Shown here piece by piece: positions 48,411 through 61,041 of a stretch of 64,000 bases of DNA (the first letter of the stretch is position 1; each line of letters opens with the position of its first letter). The notes beneath the pieces were generated by a model. The model did not search any database and was not told the DNA's origin. It saw only the letters and a program-made list of their open reading frames with translations. This DNA is from Peribolospora baueri (taxonomy: Eukaryota): assembly GCA_029717555.1 (NCBI GenBank), contig JAMDHS010000006.1, forward strand, positions 248,001 through 312,000, in the 5' to 3' direction. Made by a program: the position numbers and the translations under genes.

Positions 48411-49026
48411 CGCGCGCACGGTCCGACGCCGTCGAGACTTATGCTTGGCCCGCTGTCTGTATGTAGCATAGTCGTCCGCCCCCGTCCGTCCGTCGTCGCT
48501 AGTCATTCCGTGTACCGCACGGCGGGGCGGACGAGGTCGCGGAGGAAGAAGAAAAAACGGACAGCGAGACGGGTGGGGTGTCTCATCTCTGGTCACTCGT
48601 TCGCTCACTCATCCACCTCGCGTCTCGCCGCTGGATCGATTGACTTTCTCGATTCATTCTATTCAAACGCCCGTCTTTCTTCGGCCGACGGCGGCAAAAA
48701 CCAAGCGGCAAAAATGAAGAAAGGGAGGGCCTCGCGTGCGTGCGTGTGTTGTACGTGCGTTGCGTGCGCGTACAGAAGATCCATGACGATCATGAGGAGG
48801 AGGAGAAATGTGGATGGAAAGGGAGGGTGTTCACGTCGGCGTCGGTTGCTTCTCCGCGCGTTTCAGTCGTGCCTCGCTCGCTCAGCCCACTCGGAGGGAG
48901 GTCCGCGCGGCAGGCGAAATCAGATGTGCGAGTGGAGCCGATAGAAAAGGTACGAAGGGGCGAGGGGAAGCGGGAAGGAAGCAAGACGAGCTCGGCCGAA
49001 CCCCTCGGGGGCTGCTCGAACGCAGC

Positions 49027-50216
<1,190 letters not shown>

Positions 50217-50856
50217 TCAGACGTCGTCGGTCCGGGTGGTTCCGCGGCTGCGCACGCGAGCTGGCTATTATTACTCACTCGGGTCAGGGGAGGCAGGGGT
50301 GCCGGCGGTGGTGGAAGTGGCCATGGTACGGCGACTTGGGGAGTGAGGGGACGAAGGAAGGCGAAGCGGGGGGGGGAAGGGATGGGACCGAGGTGGTGGA
50401 TGAGAGGATGGTGACCGTCGGTTCGATTCGCCGGATCTGATCATCGTCCTGTCCGACCTTTTGCCTGCTTCTTCTTGCCGATCGGAGTGCGTCACGTCAC
50501 GTGCGCGCCCCAACGTCCTCGGCGGGGGCCGGAATGCCCCGCCCGCGCCTTCTCCACGCCGCCGGCGTCCAAGGCGGCCGACGAGGACAACGTGGGTTTT
50601 GTCATCGACGTTCTCTGAGGGCCTTCCCGAGGGAGGAAGGAAGGGATACAACCAATTTAGCCCTACGGTGCGTGGCGGACAGGCCAAGACGAGCACAAGA
50701 GAGCGTAGTACACAGAGCGGGTAGGTAGGTAGGTAGGTAGGTAGGTACATGGGGATACAGTGACACGCCGAGTGCGATGAGCACATACATACATACGCCA
50801 GACACACACAAAGAGAGAGAGAGGCAGGCGAGCCACCGGACGCGGCGACAGACAGT

Positions 50857-51481
50857 TCACAACCCATCTTCTCCTTGCGTGTTGCGCCCTTGGCCACCAA
50901 GATGCTTGCTCAGGCCCTTGAGCTCGCCGACGCCCTTCCGGAACTCGGCCTGGCCGGTGGTGGCCACGTCGGTGTGGCGGTCGTGCGAGCGTGTCTCTGG
51001 AGCGTCTTGTGATGACCGCCCGCTAGCCCCAGCAAGCAAGAGAAAGAGAGAAAGGTGGCGTCGGTAAAAACAAAAAAAACGCGACGCGACGGGATGGGAC
51101 GGGATGCGACGCGATGCAAAACTCACGCAATACCGTTTCCAAGCCCGTCAAGAGCGTTATTGATGTTCCCCCTCAGCACGTCGCCGGCTCCGTGGATGGT
51201 GTTGAAGATGCCCCTGCGAGGGAGCGAGGGAGCGAGGAGAGAGGGAGGGAGGGAGAGAGGGAGGGAGACGAGAGTGGGGTTAGTTACTGTTGCAGTTTTG
51301 ATATCCTCCCGGAGACAAGCCTAGAGGACAACGAAAAACCTCACTTGACGCCTCCACTAGCTCCCTCTCCAACTTTCTCCGCCGACGCCGACGACGACGA
51401 AGAAGACGTCGTCGAAGCGCTGTTGACGTCGCCACGCGCCGTGGGCGTGGTCGTGGAAGTGGAAGGCTGAGCGTCTGACAT
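50857..51481 (-). CDS. Small hydrophilic fungal protein of unknown function, 3 exons
   Basis: Spliced: MSDAQPSTS..GGVK/GIFNTIHGAGDVLRGNINNALDGLGNGIA/GRSSQDAPETRSHDRHTDVATTGQAEFRKGVGEL..*. Intron phases are consistent, and the 'IHGAGE.IRG.IN.A.D' motif is one I recognise from uncharacterised fungal proteins. Confidence 0.78.
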
Positions 51482-52143
51482 GATCGATTCGATCGATTTA
51501 GAGACGTCCGTCGGTATGGTATGATTGCGGGTTGGCGTTGGCGTTGACGTTCGGGTTGGGAGAAACGAAATGAAACGGAGAACGGGAAAGGAGAAAGGAA
51601 AACGGTGCGGAGGACGGCGAGAGGCTCCTTAAGGGACGGCCGTGAGGCGGTCGGTAGGCCAGCGCTCGGTCGGACATGCGTGCCACGCCACTCCTCTCTA
51701 CCCCTCTCCTCGACACGATACGATCGACACCTACCAATCCCTGGCGAATGGCGAATTAATGACGACGAGCGAGCAAGCCGAGCGTCTGTCGCTGTGACAA
51801 AGTTGGCCGATCAGTCAAAAACTGACGCAATCGAGATCGAAATCGAAATCGAGATCGAGTCCCCGATCATCGCCCCGGCCCGGCGGCCGGGGGCGGGAAC
51901 GCGGAGGCGGAAGGGAGGGTGTGGGATTCCAACCAAGGGTCCCAACCAACAGTATCCCAAAACAAACAGACAGACGAGACGAGACGAGACGATGAACCGA
52001 GTTCGGCAAGAAAGAACCGCATATGGACCATAAATACACTCATCAACGACTTCGCTCGCGTACATCAAACAGTCGGTATGAAAAAAGCCAAGCCGTCCCA
52101 AGAAAAAACGTTTGGGAGGCGATCCGCAAGATCGACCGTTCGT

Positions 52144-54171
52144 TCAACGCGAGGACGAAGAAGACGAGGAAGAGACGGCCGTCGCATCGAGCACCAGCTC
52201 CGGTACTTCCTCCACCTCTTCTCCCGTCTCCTCCAACTCCCCCTCGTTCTCACCCCTCCTCGTCCCTCCGCCCTCCGCTCCATGACGCTTGGTGGACCAG
52301 CCCGCCACGGCTGGCTTGGCGCGAGGCAGAGTCGTCGCAGCGCCGACGGCCGGCATCGCGGCCAGCGAACAAGGCCGCTCTTGCTGGCCCTTGGCCACGA
52401 CAACGTTCCTCGGCACCTCGCCATGGACGCCGCCGACTCGGCCTCGATTTCCGGTTCCAGCGCGGGCAAAGCTCTGGGGCCGGAGGACCTCGGGAGACGA
52501 GAAGGAGAGCAAAAGCGACGCCGCGGATAGGTCCGGGTCTTCGTCCTCTGCGCGCGAGCTTGCGTTGTTGGCATGGACGTGGTCGCGGGCGTCGACGGCG
52601 GCGGGGCGGGACGACGAGGCGTCCCTGGCGTTCCTGGCGTCCCAGACAGGGTCGAAGGCGGGGCTTCTGATGATCCGGCGGGTGTCCGGCGAAGCGGATC
52701 GCTTGGGCTCGACGACGACGACGACGGCTCCCGCTGCACCGTTTCGAGGGCTCGTCGAAAGGTCTGCGCCATCGATCGCGTCCATGTCTTCGTCGTCGAC
52801 CTCTTGAAGCTGGTCGTCTTCATCGTCGTCGACCTCTTGAAGCTGGTCGTCTTCATCGTCGTCGACCGCGGTTTGGGGTACGCCCCGCTCGTCGAAAGGG
52901 GAGGAGGGCGAAGAGACCGAGGTGGATGTGCCAGGGGAGGCACCTCCGTCGTCCGCCTCCGTAACCGGGAGACGGCTCTCCAAGGCGGCAATCTTGGCGT
53001 GCAACTCGTAAATATAATCGACGGCATGCGTCAATATATCCAGCTTGTGCATCCCCGCGTCCTCCATGCCACAAGTTCTCTCTTGCGCCGGCGTCTCTAC
53101 AGCAGCGGCCCTCCGCCCATGGCTTCTCCTTTTCGACGACCGCTTCTTCTCCCTTTCCTCCACCTCCTTCTTACAAGCCGGCACGAGGTTCCTCAGCTGG
53201 ACGAGGCGGTCGTTGATCTTTTCGCGTCTGCGCCGCTCGATGAGACTGTGGGTCGTCTTGCGCCGCGACGCGGTGACGTTTGACGACGCGGCTTTGCCGG
53301 AGCCCTTGTCGTGGGCGCCGACGACGTCGGCGGAGCTGGCGCCGGCATGAGCGACGGCGGCCTTGGAAGAAGGGGCGGCCTTGCGCTTCTTGCGGGGCGA
53401 AGAGGAGGAAGGAGGGGGGGCGGAAGGGAAGGGCTTTTCGCGAGCGCCATCGCCGACGTCGGCCTGTTTCACGGCGGTCCGAGGGCGGAGGTCATGACGC
53501 TCCCGCTCAGGCTCCAGCGTGCGTCGACGTTTTTTGGTATTCGTGGCGGCGGCGGTGGCGGTCGTGGTCGCCGTCGTGGTCGCCGCCGTCGGGGCCCCGA
53601 CGCGATCGGTGACGTGCGACTTTGACCCGGGTGGCTTCGTTTCCTCCGGGGCGTCTTCGTTGGCAAAGGCGAGGTCGCGAACGCTGAGAGCGCGTCTCAC
53701 GACGCTTTGACCGGCCGGGTCGGCGTATACGAGGGAACTCGGACCGTCATCGGGGCCGTCGAAGCGAGGCGGGGCGCCGTCGCCACTGGGGCGACGCGAG
53801 TGGGGGGCGGAAAGCGGCAAGCTAGGCAAAGGGAGGCCCTCCCACTTGTCGGAGCTGCCTGCGGAGCCTCGGCGAGGCGCGTGGACAGGGGAGGCGGTGC
53901 TGAAGACGGATGCAGGCGTGGGTGGGAAGACGTTGGCGGGCGAGTAGAAGAGAGGAAGGTGGGGGCGGGCATGGGCGGGTGGGCAGCCGGGTTTGGCGTC
54001 GACGACGGCGGCCTCCTCGTCAAGGTGACGACCGGCGGAGGCGGAGGATGGATAGGCGGGCTGGCGGGCGGGCTTGTGGGCGTCCAGCGGAGGGGAGAGG
54101 AGACCAGTCCGGACGGCGGCGCGGACGGGGTCGAAGAAGGCGCCGGGGCTGGATTGGCCCGAGGCAGACAT
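52144..54171 (-). CDS. bHLH transcription factor
   Basis: RRKTTHSLIERRRREKINDRLVQLRNLVPAC...MHKLDILTHAVDYIYELHAKIAALE within a 675-aa ORF. Confidence 0.92.
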   Translation of the reverse strand: MSASGQSSPGAFFDPVRAAVRTGLLSPPLDAHKPARQPAYPSSASAGRHLDEEAAVVDAKPGCPPAHARPHLPLFYSPANVFPPTPASVFSTASPVHAPRRGSAGSSDKWEGLPLPSLPLSAPHSRRPSGDGAPPRFDGPDDGPSSLVYADPAGQSVVRRALSVRDLAFANEDAPEETKPPGSKSHVTDRVGAPTAATTTATTTATAAATNTKKRRRTLEPERERHDLRPRTAVKQADVGDGAREKPFPSAPPPSSSSPRKKRKAAPSSKAAVAHAGASSADVVGAHDKGSGKAASSNVTASRRKTTHSLIERRRREKINDRLVQLRNLVPACKKEVEEREKKRSSKRRSHGRRAAAVETPAQERTCGMEDAGMHKLDILTHAVDYIYELHAKIAALESRLPVTEADDGGASPGTSTSVSSPSSPFDERGVPQTAVDDDEDDQLQEVDDDEDDQLQEVDDEDMDAIDGADLSTSPRNGAAGAVVVVVEPKRSASPDTRRIIRSPAFDPVWDARNARDASSSRPAAVDARDHVHANNASSRAEDEDPDLSAASLLLSFSSPEVLRPQSFARAGTGNRGRVGGVHGEVPRNVVVAKGQQERPCSLAAMPAVGAATTLPRAKPAVAGWSTKRHGAEGGGTRRGENEGELEETGEEVEEVPELVLDATAVSSSSSSSSR
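52791..52867. repeat. Perfect 33-bp tandem duplication in the bHLH CDS (VDDDEDDQLQE x2+)
   Basis: cgtcgtcgacctcttgaagctggtcgtcttcat occurs twice, plus a partial third copy. Confidence 0.9.
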
Positions 54172-55262
54172 GTCGGGGCTGTGAAAGGGAGGGAGGCGAA
54201 AGAAAGATTTGAGAGGGAGGAGGGGGGGAGTGGAGGTTAAGCGGCTGGCTGCTGCTGGGAGGTGAGCGAGGGATGAGGAAAGATGGAGGAGAGAGAGAAG
54301 AAGGATGGATGAGGGAGAGAAGAAGATGGATGAGGGAGAAAGGGTTAACGACCGACGACGACAGACGAATGAATGAATGAACGACGAACGTGCTCGCGTG
54401 CGACGACCGCGGCCACTCGTGTGACTGCGACCGGCGAGTTAGCGACAGGCACGCGACCGCGACCACGACCGGGCGTCGTAGCGGGCGTCATGACGGGCGC
54501 GGCGTCGAGCGTCGGGCAGCGGGCAGCGGGTATGGGCATGGGCATGGGCATGGGCATGGATGAGCATCGAATGGGAATTGGGATTGAGAGCTGGACGGAA
54601 GGAAGAGCGACGTTGGTGAGAGCGTGCAATGAGAACGACGACGACGTGATCGCGCTTGTCTCGTGCGCGTGCCTCATCTCTCGTCGTTCTTCGTCGCCGT
54701 CCCAGACGCCGCCCACTCGCCCGCCAACCGGGGCGGAGGCGTGCGTTGATCGAGAACTAAGATAGAAAGATAGAAACAAAGAAAGAAAGAAGGAGGAGAG
54801 AAAGAAGAAAGAAAGGCTAGCGATAGAGCGGCCCCGCCGAGCACGTGGGCGGAGACCGGTCACGTTCTCCGATCTCATTGGCCCGCATCGATCGACGGCC
54901 GTGTCGCGCGACTCGCCCCGTCGTCCTCGTTCGTTCGCCCACATGGCAGACAACACGGGATCAGACTGGACCGCATAGACGTGACGTATCTATGCTGACG
55001 GCAAGGAAAGCCAAGACAGAGATGCTCGTGACGACGACGACGACCACCACCACCGGCGGTCGCCTTCTCACGCTTTCCTCGGTCGATGAATGAATCAAGG
55101 CACGGATCGTGATGGATTGTACACCAGCTCGTATCTATCCAGCTACCTTTCTTTACCAATGCTCCCTGTGCGCACGGACGATCTATGCATGGCAAAGCAA
55201 ACAACTCAGTGTGGCCGCTCAAGAAAGAAAGAAAAACACAGAAAACGACACTCTGCGAACAG

Positions 55263-58200
55263 CTAGGCAAGCGCAGGCGGCAGCATCACTACAATCTTCT
55301 CCTTGCTCACCCCCTTCGCTGCCTTCTGCTTCGCCGTCCCCCTCGCTCCGACCGCCGGCTCAGCGGCCTTCTTCTTCGACCCCGCCTTGCCATCCGTCGC
55401 CGCCGAGACAACAGACAGGGTCACCCCGCCGCCGCCGCCGCCGCCTGGCGATGCCACCGCGGACGACGACGAGGACACGACCATCACCACCTCGTCTTCG
55501 TCGCTGTCCTCGTCGAACGCGCTCCCCACCGCCGCGCTGCCCAGCACGTCCGCCGAGTGGGGCGCCCTCGCGAGCGCCACTCTGCTCCCCACCGACCCGC
55601 CGCCGCCGCCAGCGCCAGTCTGGGCGACGCCGCTGCCGCCGCTCGCCAAGGACGATTCGACAAAAGGCCTCGACAGCGGCAAGGCCATCGCGTCCTTCGG
55701 CGTGTCGATCTCGATCACGTCCTTCCTCGGGTTGTCCGGCACCACAAAACACCGCCTTCGGCCTGCCTCGCCGTTCACCACCGCCTTCTTCCTCAGTCGC
55801 CCGCTCTTCGGAGGCGGTGGCGCCACGAGGACGGTGCGGAGACAGGTGCGCTCGAGCGTGCAAGACGCCGAGACCACCGTCTCCGTCGCTGACAGTTCCA
55901 GCTGCTGATATCGAGACACTTTCGTGTACGCCGCGTCCAGCACCGCGTCTTCGATCGTTCGTCGATGGTCCGAAGGCATCGAAGGGTTCGACGCGGCCAG
56001 AGCGATGGCGTCCGCCAATGACAAGCTCGGAAGCGCGACCGAGTATCTGAGAGTGGGTGACACGGGGCCGTGAGCGTCCCTCAGCTTCCCGACAACGACA
56101 TAAAAAAAAAAAAAGACCATCCATCGGACCCACCTGACCATGGAAACGAAAAAGCCCAGCTCGACCGTGCCGCGGCCCAGACAACTTCGGCACGGCAGAC
56201 GTTCTCGCATCGTCCGACACAGTTTGCACACGAAATCCGGACCCGTACCGGTCGGGCAGAGCGCGGTGGTGCACTTGGCCGTCGGGAAGTAGCCCCTCGT
56301 CTTGCACTCGGCGCACGCCACGCTCGACCTTTGCTGCAGCATCTCCACCTCCTCCTTCTGCGCCACCTCGCGCGACGGCGGCTTCGGCCGGATCGGCAGC
56401 TCCCACACGTTCGGCCCGCCCAACGCGCCGATCGCCCACACGTCCGGCACCCCGCCGTCGCCCACCACCTTCCACTTGCCCGTGCGCTCCTCGATGCCGA
56501 CGTAGATGCGCACCACCTCCATCTCTTCCGTCTTGAGTAGTACCACGTCCAGCAGGCTCGCTCGCTCCTCCCGCTCCCGCTCCGCCTTCTCGTTCGCCTG
56601 GATCGCGCTGTCGACCTTGATCGAAGTGTCAAAGCCCTTGTCGTGCTTCTGTATCCTTACCGGCAGCAGCCCCGGCACGCTCCGGGCCAGACGGAGCTGC
56701 AAGCGACCCACGTCGACGGTCCGCGACGAGCTGTGTCGACCAGTCGGGCGGGCGAGAGAGAAAGAGGACATCACGGATCGCGAACATGCTCAGCCTTTTT
56801 CCTTTCCTTTCACTCCCTCCAAATCCTACTGGCGCTCACCTCTCTTTCTGTCGAAACTTGATGCCGTCCCTCGTAATGAGAAGCGGGCCCCTGGGATCGA
56901 TCGAGTCCGGGCCCACGCGAGAGCCAGGCCCGCCGGACTTGAGTATGGGAGGCATGGGCGGGGCAGAGCCTTCGGGGCGGCCGTCGACAAAGCTGCTGCC
57001 GTTAGAGAGCATCCGTGCGTGCGTCGCCATCGTCGTCGCCGCGGAGCCTCTGGGCACCACGCTAGCGTTCGAGTCTGTCCGGTCCCTCGATGTCGCCCTG
57101 TCCGCGCGGCCGCGCGACGAGCCCATGACGTCCATGTCAATGCTCTCCCCCAGTACGCGCTCCGCCTTTGAAAGCATCCTCTTCAGCCCTCCTCCCGCCG
57201 CCGGTACCGGTACCGCCGTTCGCCTTTCCAGACCCGCCTCAGACAAAGGGTCGACGATCGACAACGTTCCGGTGCTCGACGCAGCACTTGGAATGTGCGC
57301 GTGCGCCGGTGAGTCGACGAACAGGGCCGTCGGCGCGCCTGGATGGACGTTGGTCGACGCGCTCTGGACGACGACCTTTTGTCCGTTTCGAACGGAGCCC
57401 ATCACCGCGCTGTCCTTCGGTGAGCGCATATTCCGCCCGTTTCCACTCGTCTCTGGTGGCCCGTCGCCGACCAGAGCGGATCCGAGGCGGGCAGGGCCGG
57501 TGCTGGGCCCACCTGAGCGCGGGTTGGCCGCGTCGGACCCAGCTCTAGCGTGCGCTCGGGGCGAGCGAGACGGGAAGGGGGAATAGGGGGCAAGCCCGGG
57601 GGTGGCCGGCATGGCGGCTTGTGCCGTCTGTGGACGTTCGCCGAGCGCAAACTTGACCGAGGGGGAGGACGACGGGGCACCAAAAGGCGAGCGCATGCCC
57701 TGCGGCACTAGAGCGGTCCCAGAACGCATGGGCGCTTGTTGTCGCGGAAGAGAGTAAGAGCGAGCACGCACGAATTGGCCAGGTGGCGAGGAGGGGATGC
57801 CAAAGCCACCTGTTGGCGCGGCCTGCGCGAACCGAGAGGCCTGAACGGCAGATGGCGGAAGGGGGCGAGCTGTGCTCGAAGGTGGTGGGAACGGTGGGAG
57901 ATAACGCTGGTGTTGCCACTGTGCGTGCGAGTCAGAAGAGATTGGGCTTAATATGGTCTTGGCTACGTTGGCCGAAGAGGACACGGGTGGGTGTCTTTCG
58001 CTCGGATATCGACGAAGACGGGAACTATGTCCGCCGTCCGACGCCGACGCCGGCCCATTAAGACCTGCACCGGCTCCGGTTCCGGTTCCGGCTCCAGTTC
58101 CAGTTTCCTCGAGCACGAGCCGAGGCGGACGGCCGGCGGCATGGTTACTCTCGCTCATCGTCCGCCGCCTTCCTGGACCGTCGTAGGAAGGCCCAGTGGC

Positions 58201-61041
58201 GCCCACGTTTCCCACGGCACTCGACGGAGCGCCGGAGCCAGCCGTGTCGGGCGGCCCCTCGGACTGGGATGGAGCGAGTTTCGAAACGTCGTTCCCGCCC
58301 GCGGGCTGTCTCGCCCTCCTCTCCTCTCGAGGTTGTGGGGGGATAGCGCTAGACCGCTTCCCTTCTTCGCCGTCCTTTGCGCCAGAGTCATGGCGCCCTG
58401 CCTCACGAGACTCAAAGGTGATCGTCTCCATCGCCTCGGGCTCGCTCATGGAAGCGCGCTCGCCAGCATGAATGTGGATATGTCCTTCCAAGTCGGCCGC
58501 GTCGTCGACATCATCATCCATCATTTCCACATGGTCGACGTCCCAACAACCACCGTAAAGATCGGAGTGCGAGCTCATGAATGAAGGCGAGCGATCCACG
58601 GCCAGAAGCGAAGGCGAAGACGAAGAGGCGTTGGGGGAGGAAGCAGGCGAGACTCGTGACGGGTCAGAACTCGAGGAGGGTGACTTGCCCGTCAGCTTGG
58701 CAGCGAAGGACTTCATCAAGCTACCCCTGCGAGAGGGAGACCGACCGGGCGAATCGTTCCCATCATCCCTCGGACTGGCCCTGTTGTCGGCTTTGATCGC
58801 GTCCCGACTGTGACTGCGAAATAGCGACGGCTTCTTTGGTAGCTCGCGGCGGCCCACAGATGACGAGGAGGAGGAAGACGGCCTACCGAGCTGGTCGCGA
58901 AGGTGGGAAACCGCTCTGGACGCGTCGACGCCATCGGCGCGAGTGGTGCGGAAGGGCGACGACGAATCGACGGTAGAAGCGGCGGAATAGGAAGAGGAGA
59001 AAGAAGATGAGCGGGTGTGGTTGCCAGAGTCGACCTTGAGGGGGAGCGCGTCCGTTGAGCTGCCTCGCTGTCGGTGCACGCTGGCATCTTCCTTATCGAC
59101 AGGTCGCAGCTGACCGGCATGGACGGGAGAGCGTCCGCCGGAGCGCGAGGCTGATGGGAACGGTGTCCTGTCGTTCAATTCTTAGGACCGGCGACAAGAA
59201 AGAGGCGTGCCCTCGTGAGCATGTCTGAACGCATTCTTCATGCAAATGCAAAAGAGATTGCTAGGACCGCAGCGATATGCAGACACTCACCGATACGCTT
59301 TTTCATGGTGCTCTTGCGGACATCGTCCAAGCTCACTTCGCTCCCCGCCGGGCTGCGACCGGTGGGGGTGAGCAAAGAGCGGTCAGTCTGTGAGGGCGAC
59401 GAAGCTGAGGATGATATAGGGTGTGGACACGATGTACAACGGCAAGGTCAGCGAGGAGGTCGGGCACAGGCCACATCGATTCCCTCAGGCACGCATCAGA
59501 AAGAAAGAACGAACGCAACGGCTCACCCAGTGAGTTACTCCTCCTCATCACGCTCGAGCTCTCGTCGTCACTGCCCCACAGATACCCTTCGAGATCGCTG
59601 TCTTTGCTCTCCTTCCTCGCCATCCCCTTCGAATGGCCCGTCGTCGTCCGGCCTACGACGGCCGTCATTGACGCGTCCACAGACGTGGACGCGGGCGCCT
59701 TGACCAAGCTCGTTTCGGCCGTGAAGGTGGCCTCCAGCGGACTCGGTGGGGCACTCCATCGGGGACTGCGCACCGGAGAGGAAGGCGAAGGGGCGACGGA
59801 GGTGAAAGAGGATGCCGAGGAGGAGGGGACGTTGAGAGAGGGCGCGTGCCTATGAAGAGAGGAAGAAAGTGAAGAAGAAGTGGAGGCGGTGCCGGGACGG
59901 GAAGAAGATGTTTCGGCGCCCGTTGGCCTCGTTCCCGTCGTCATCATCGGTGCTGCTACGGCCGCCGAGGCTGCCCGCGGCACGGCGGGTTGAGCGCCCG
60001 CACGCGGACGCAGACGGAGGGGAGCGGTGACGGGAATGCGTCCCGTCTCCAGCGACACGACCCGTTCTTCCCCAGGCGGCGGTGCGGATACGGGTTCAGA
60101 AACGTCAGAAGAAGAGGAGGGCGGCGGGACAAAGAGGAACTGTGGAGCCAGCCGACCTGGGGCCGTTTGGGGCGTCGGAGCGGTGGTCCTGCTCGGGTCT
60201 AGGAAATTGCCGTAAGAACCTGGAGTAATCTCGGACCTAAGCGAGGTCGCAGTGCTGGCGGTGTACGCCAAAGTGCCCTGGACGGGGATGGCTGTGTTCG
60301 TTGGAGAAGACGCAAAAGGGAGGAAGCGCCGGCGATGAGCGTTAGTCAATTCCCTGCGACCTGATCACCGCGACGTCATCACTCACCTTCGTCGCCGCTC
60401 AAAGCGACTCCGACGCCAACATCGTCGTCGTCAAACTCGAAAGCTGACCGATCGCTAGCAACCTCCCACATTCCGCTCTCCACGTCGCTCCTCGAAGCCA
60501 TCGAGAGCGGCTGCTCGAGTCTGAGATTGAGATTGGACCCGCGGAAGACGCGTCCGGTGGGCTTGCGGGCGATCGCGCCTCCGTCGTCGCCGTCGCGGCC
60601 CTCCATGAGCTTATCCTGCTCCAGCGTCGTCGGCACAAGACCCGCTGCAAGGTCGGAGGAAGAGGAACGGGAAGACGAGGATGCGGCGCGGGAGCTGTCT
60701 TCATCCTCGTGCACGCTGGGCACAAAGACGGGAGAGGGGTGCATGTGGTGGTGTTGGAGGAGACGATGGTGGGGAGAGAGATCGGGGGTAGCGGAAGGTG
60801 CGGAATGCGGGGGGGCGAGGCTTGTGGCCGCCGAAGAAGTGATCGAGCGTTGAGCCAAGCTCCGTCGTGGAGGACTCTGTAGAGAAGGGCCGTCGGCGTA
60901 CTTGGCCTCCGGCCCTCTTGCCGGCTGAAGGTGACGACGAGAAGAAGTGGAAGGTCCGCTGTATCGCTCCGTGTGCTCGTCCTCAATCTCGGACATGAGG
61001 GAAAGAAGGACGGAAGACGTGGAGGATCTGGCGAGCGGCAT
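55263..61041 (-). CDS. Very large low-complexity protein with C-terminal SSUH2-like / DnaJ-type Cys-rich zinc-finger domain; 5' end may extend upstream
   Basis: ORFs 60379-61041, 59333-60349, 56836-59178 and 55263-56774 join in frame through canonical introns (e.g. KRI-G/AA-LNDR, KE-AG/C-SSRT). C-terminus: GGPNVWELPIRPKPP..CAECKTRG..CKLC..CRSCLGRG. Confidence 0.72.

Noticed and set aside
52065..53283. Overlapping ORFs in alternative frames of the bHLH gene
   Set aside because: They are GC-rich frame shadows; only the 675-aa frame has a recognisable domain.
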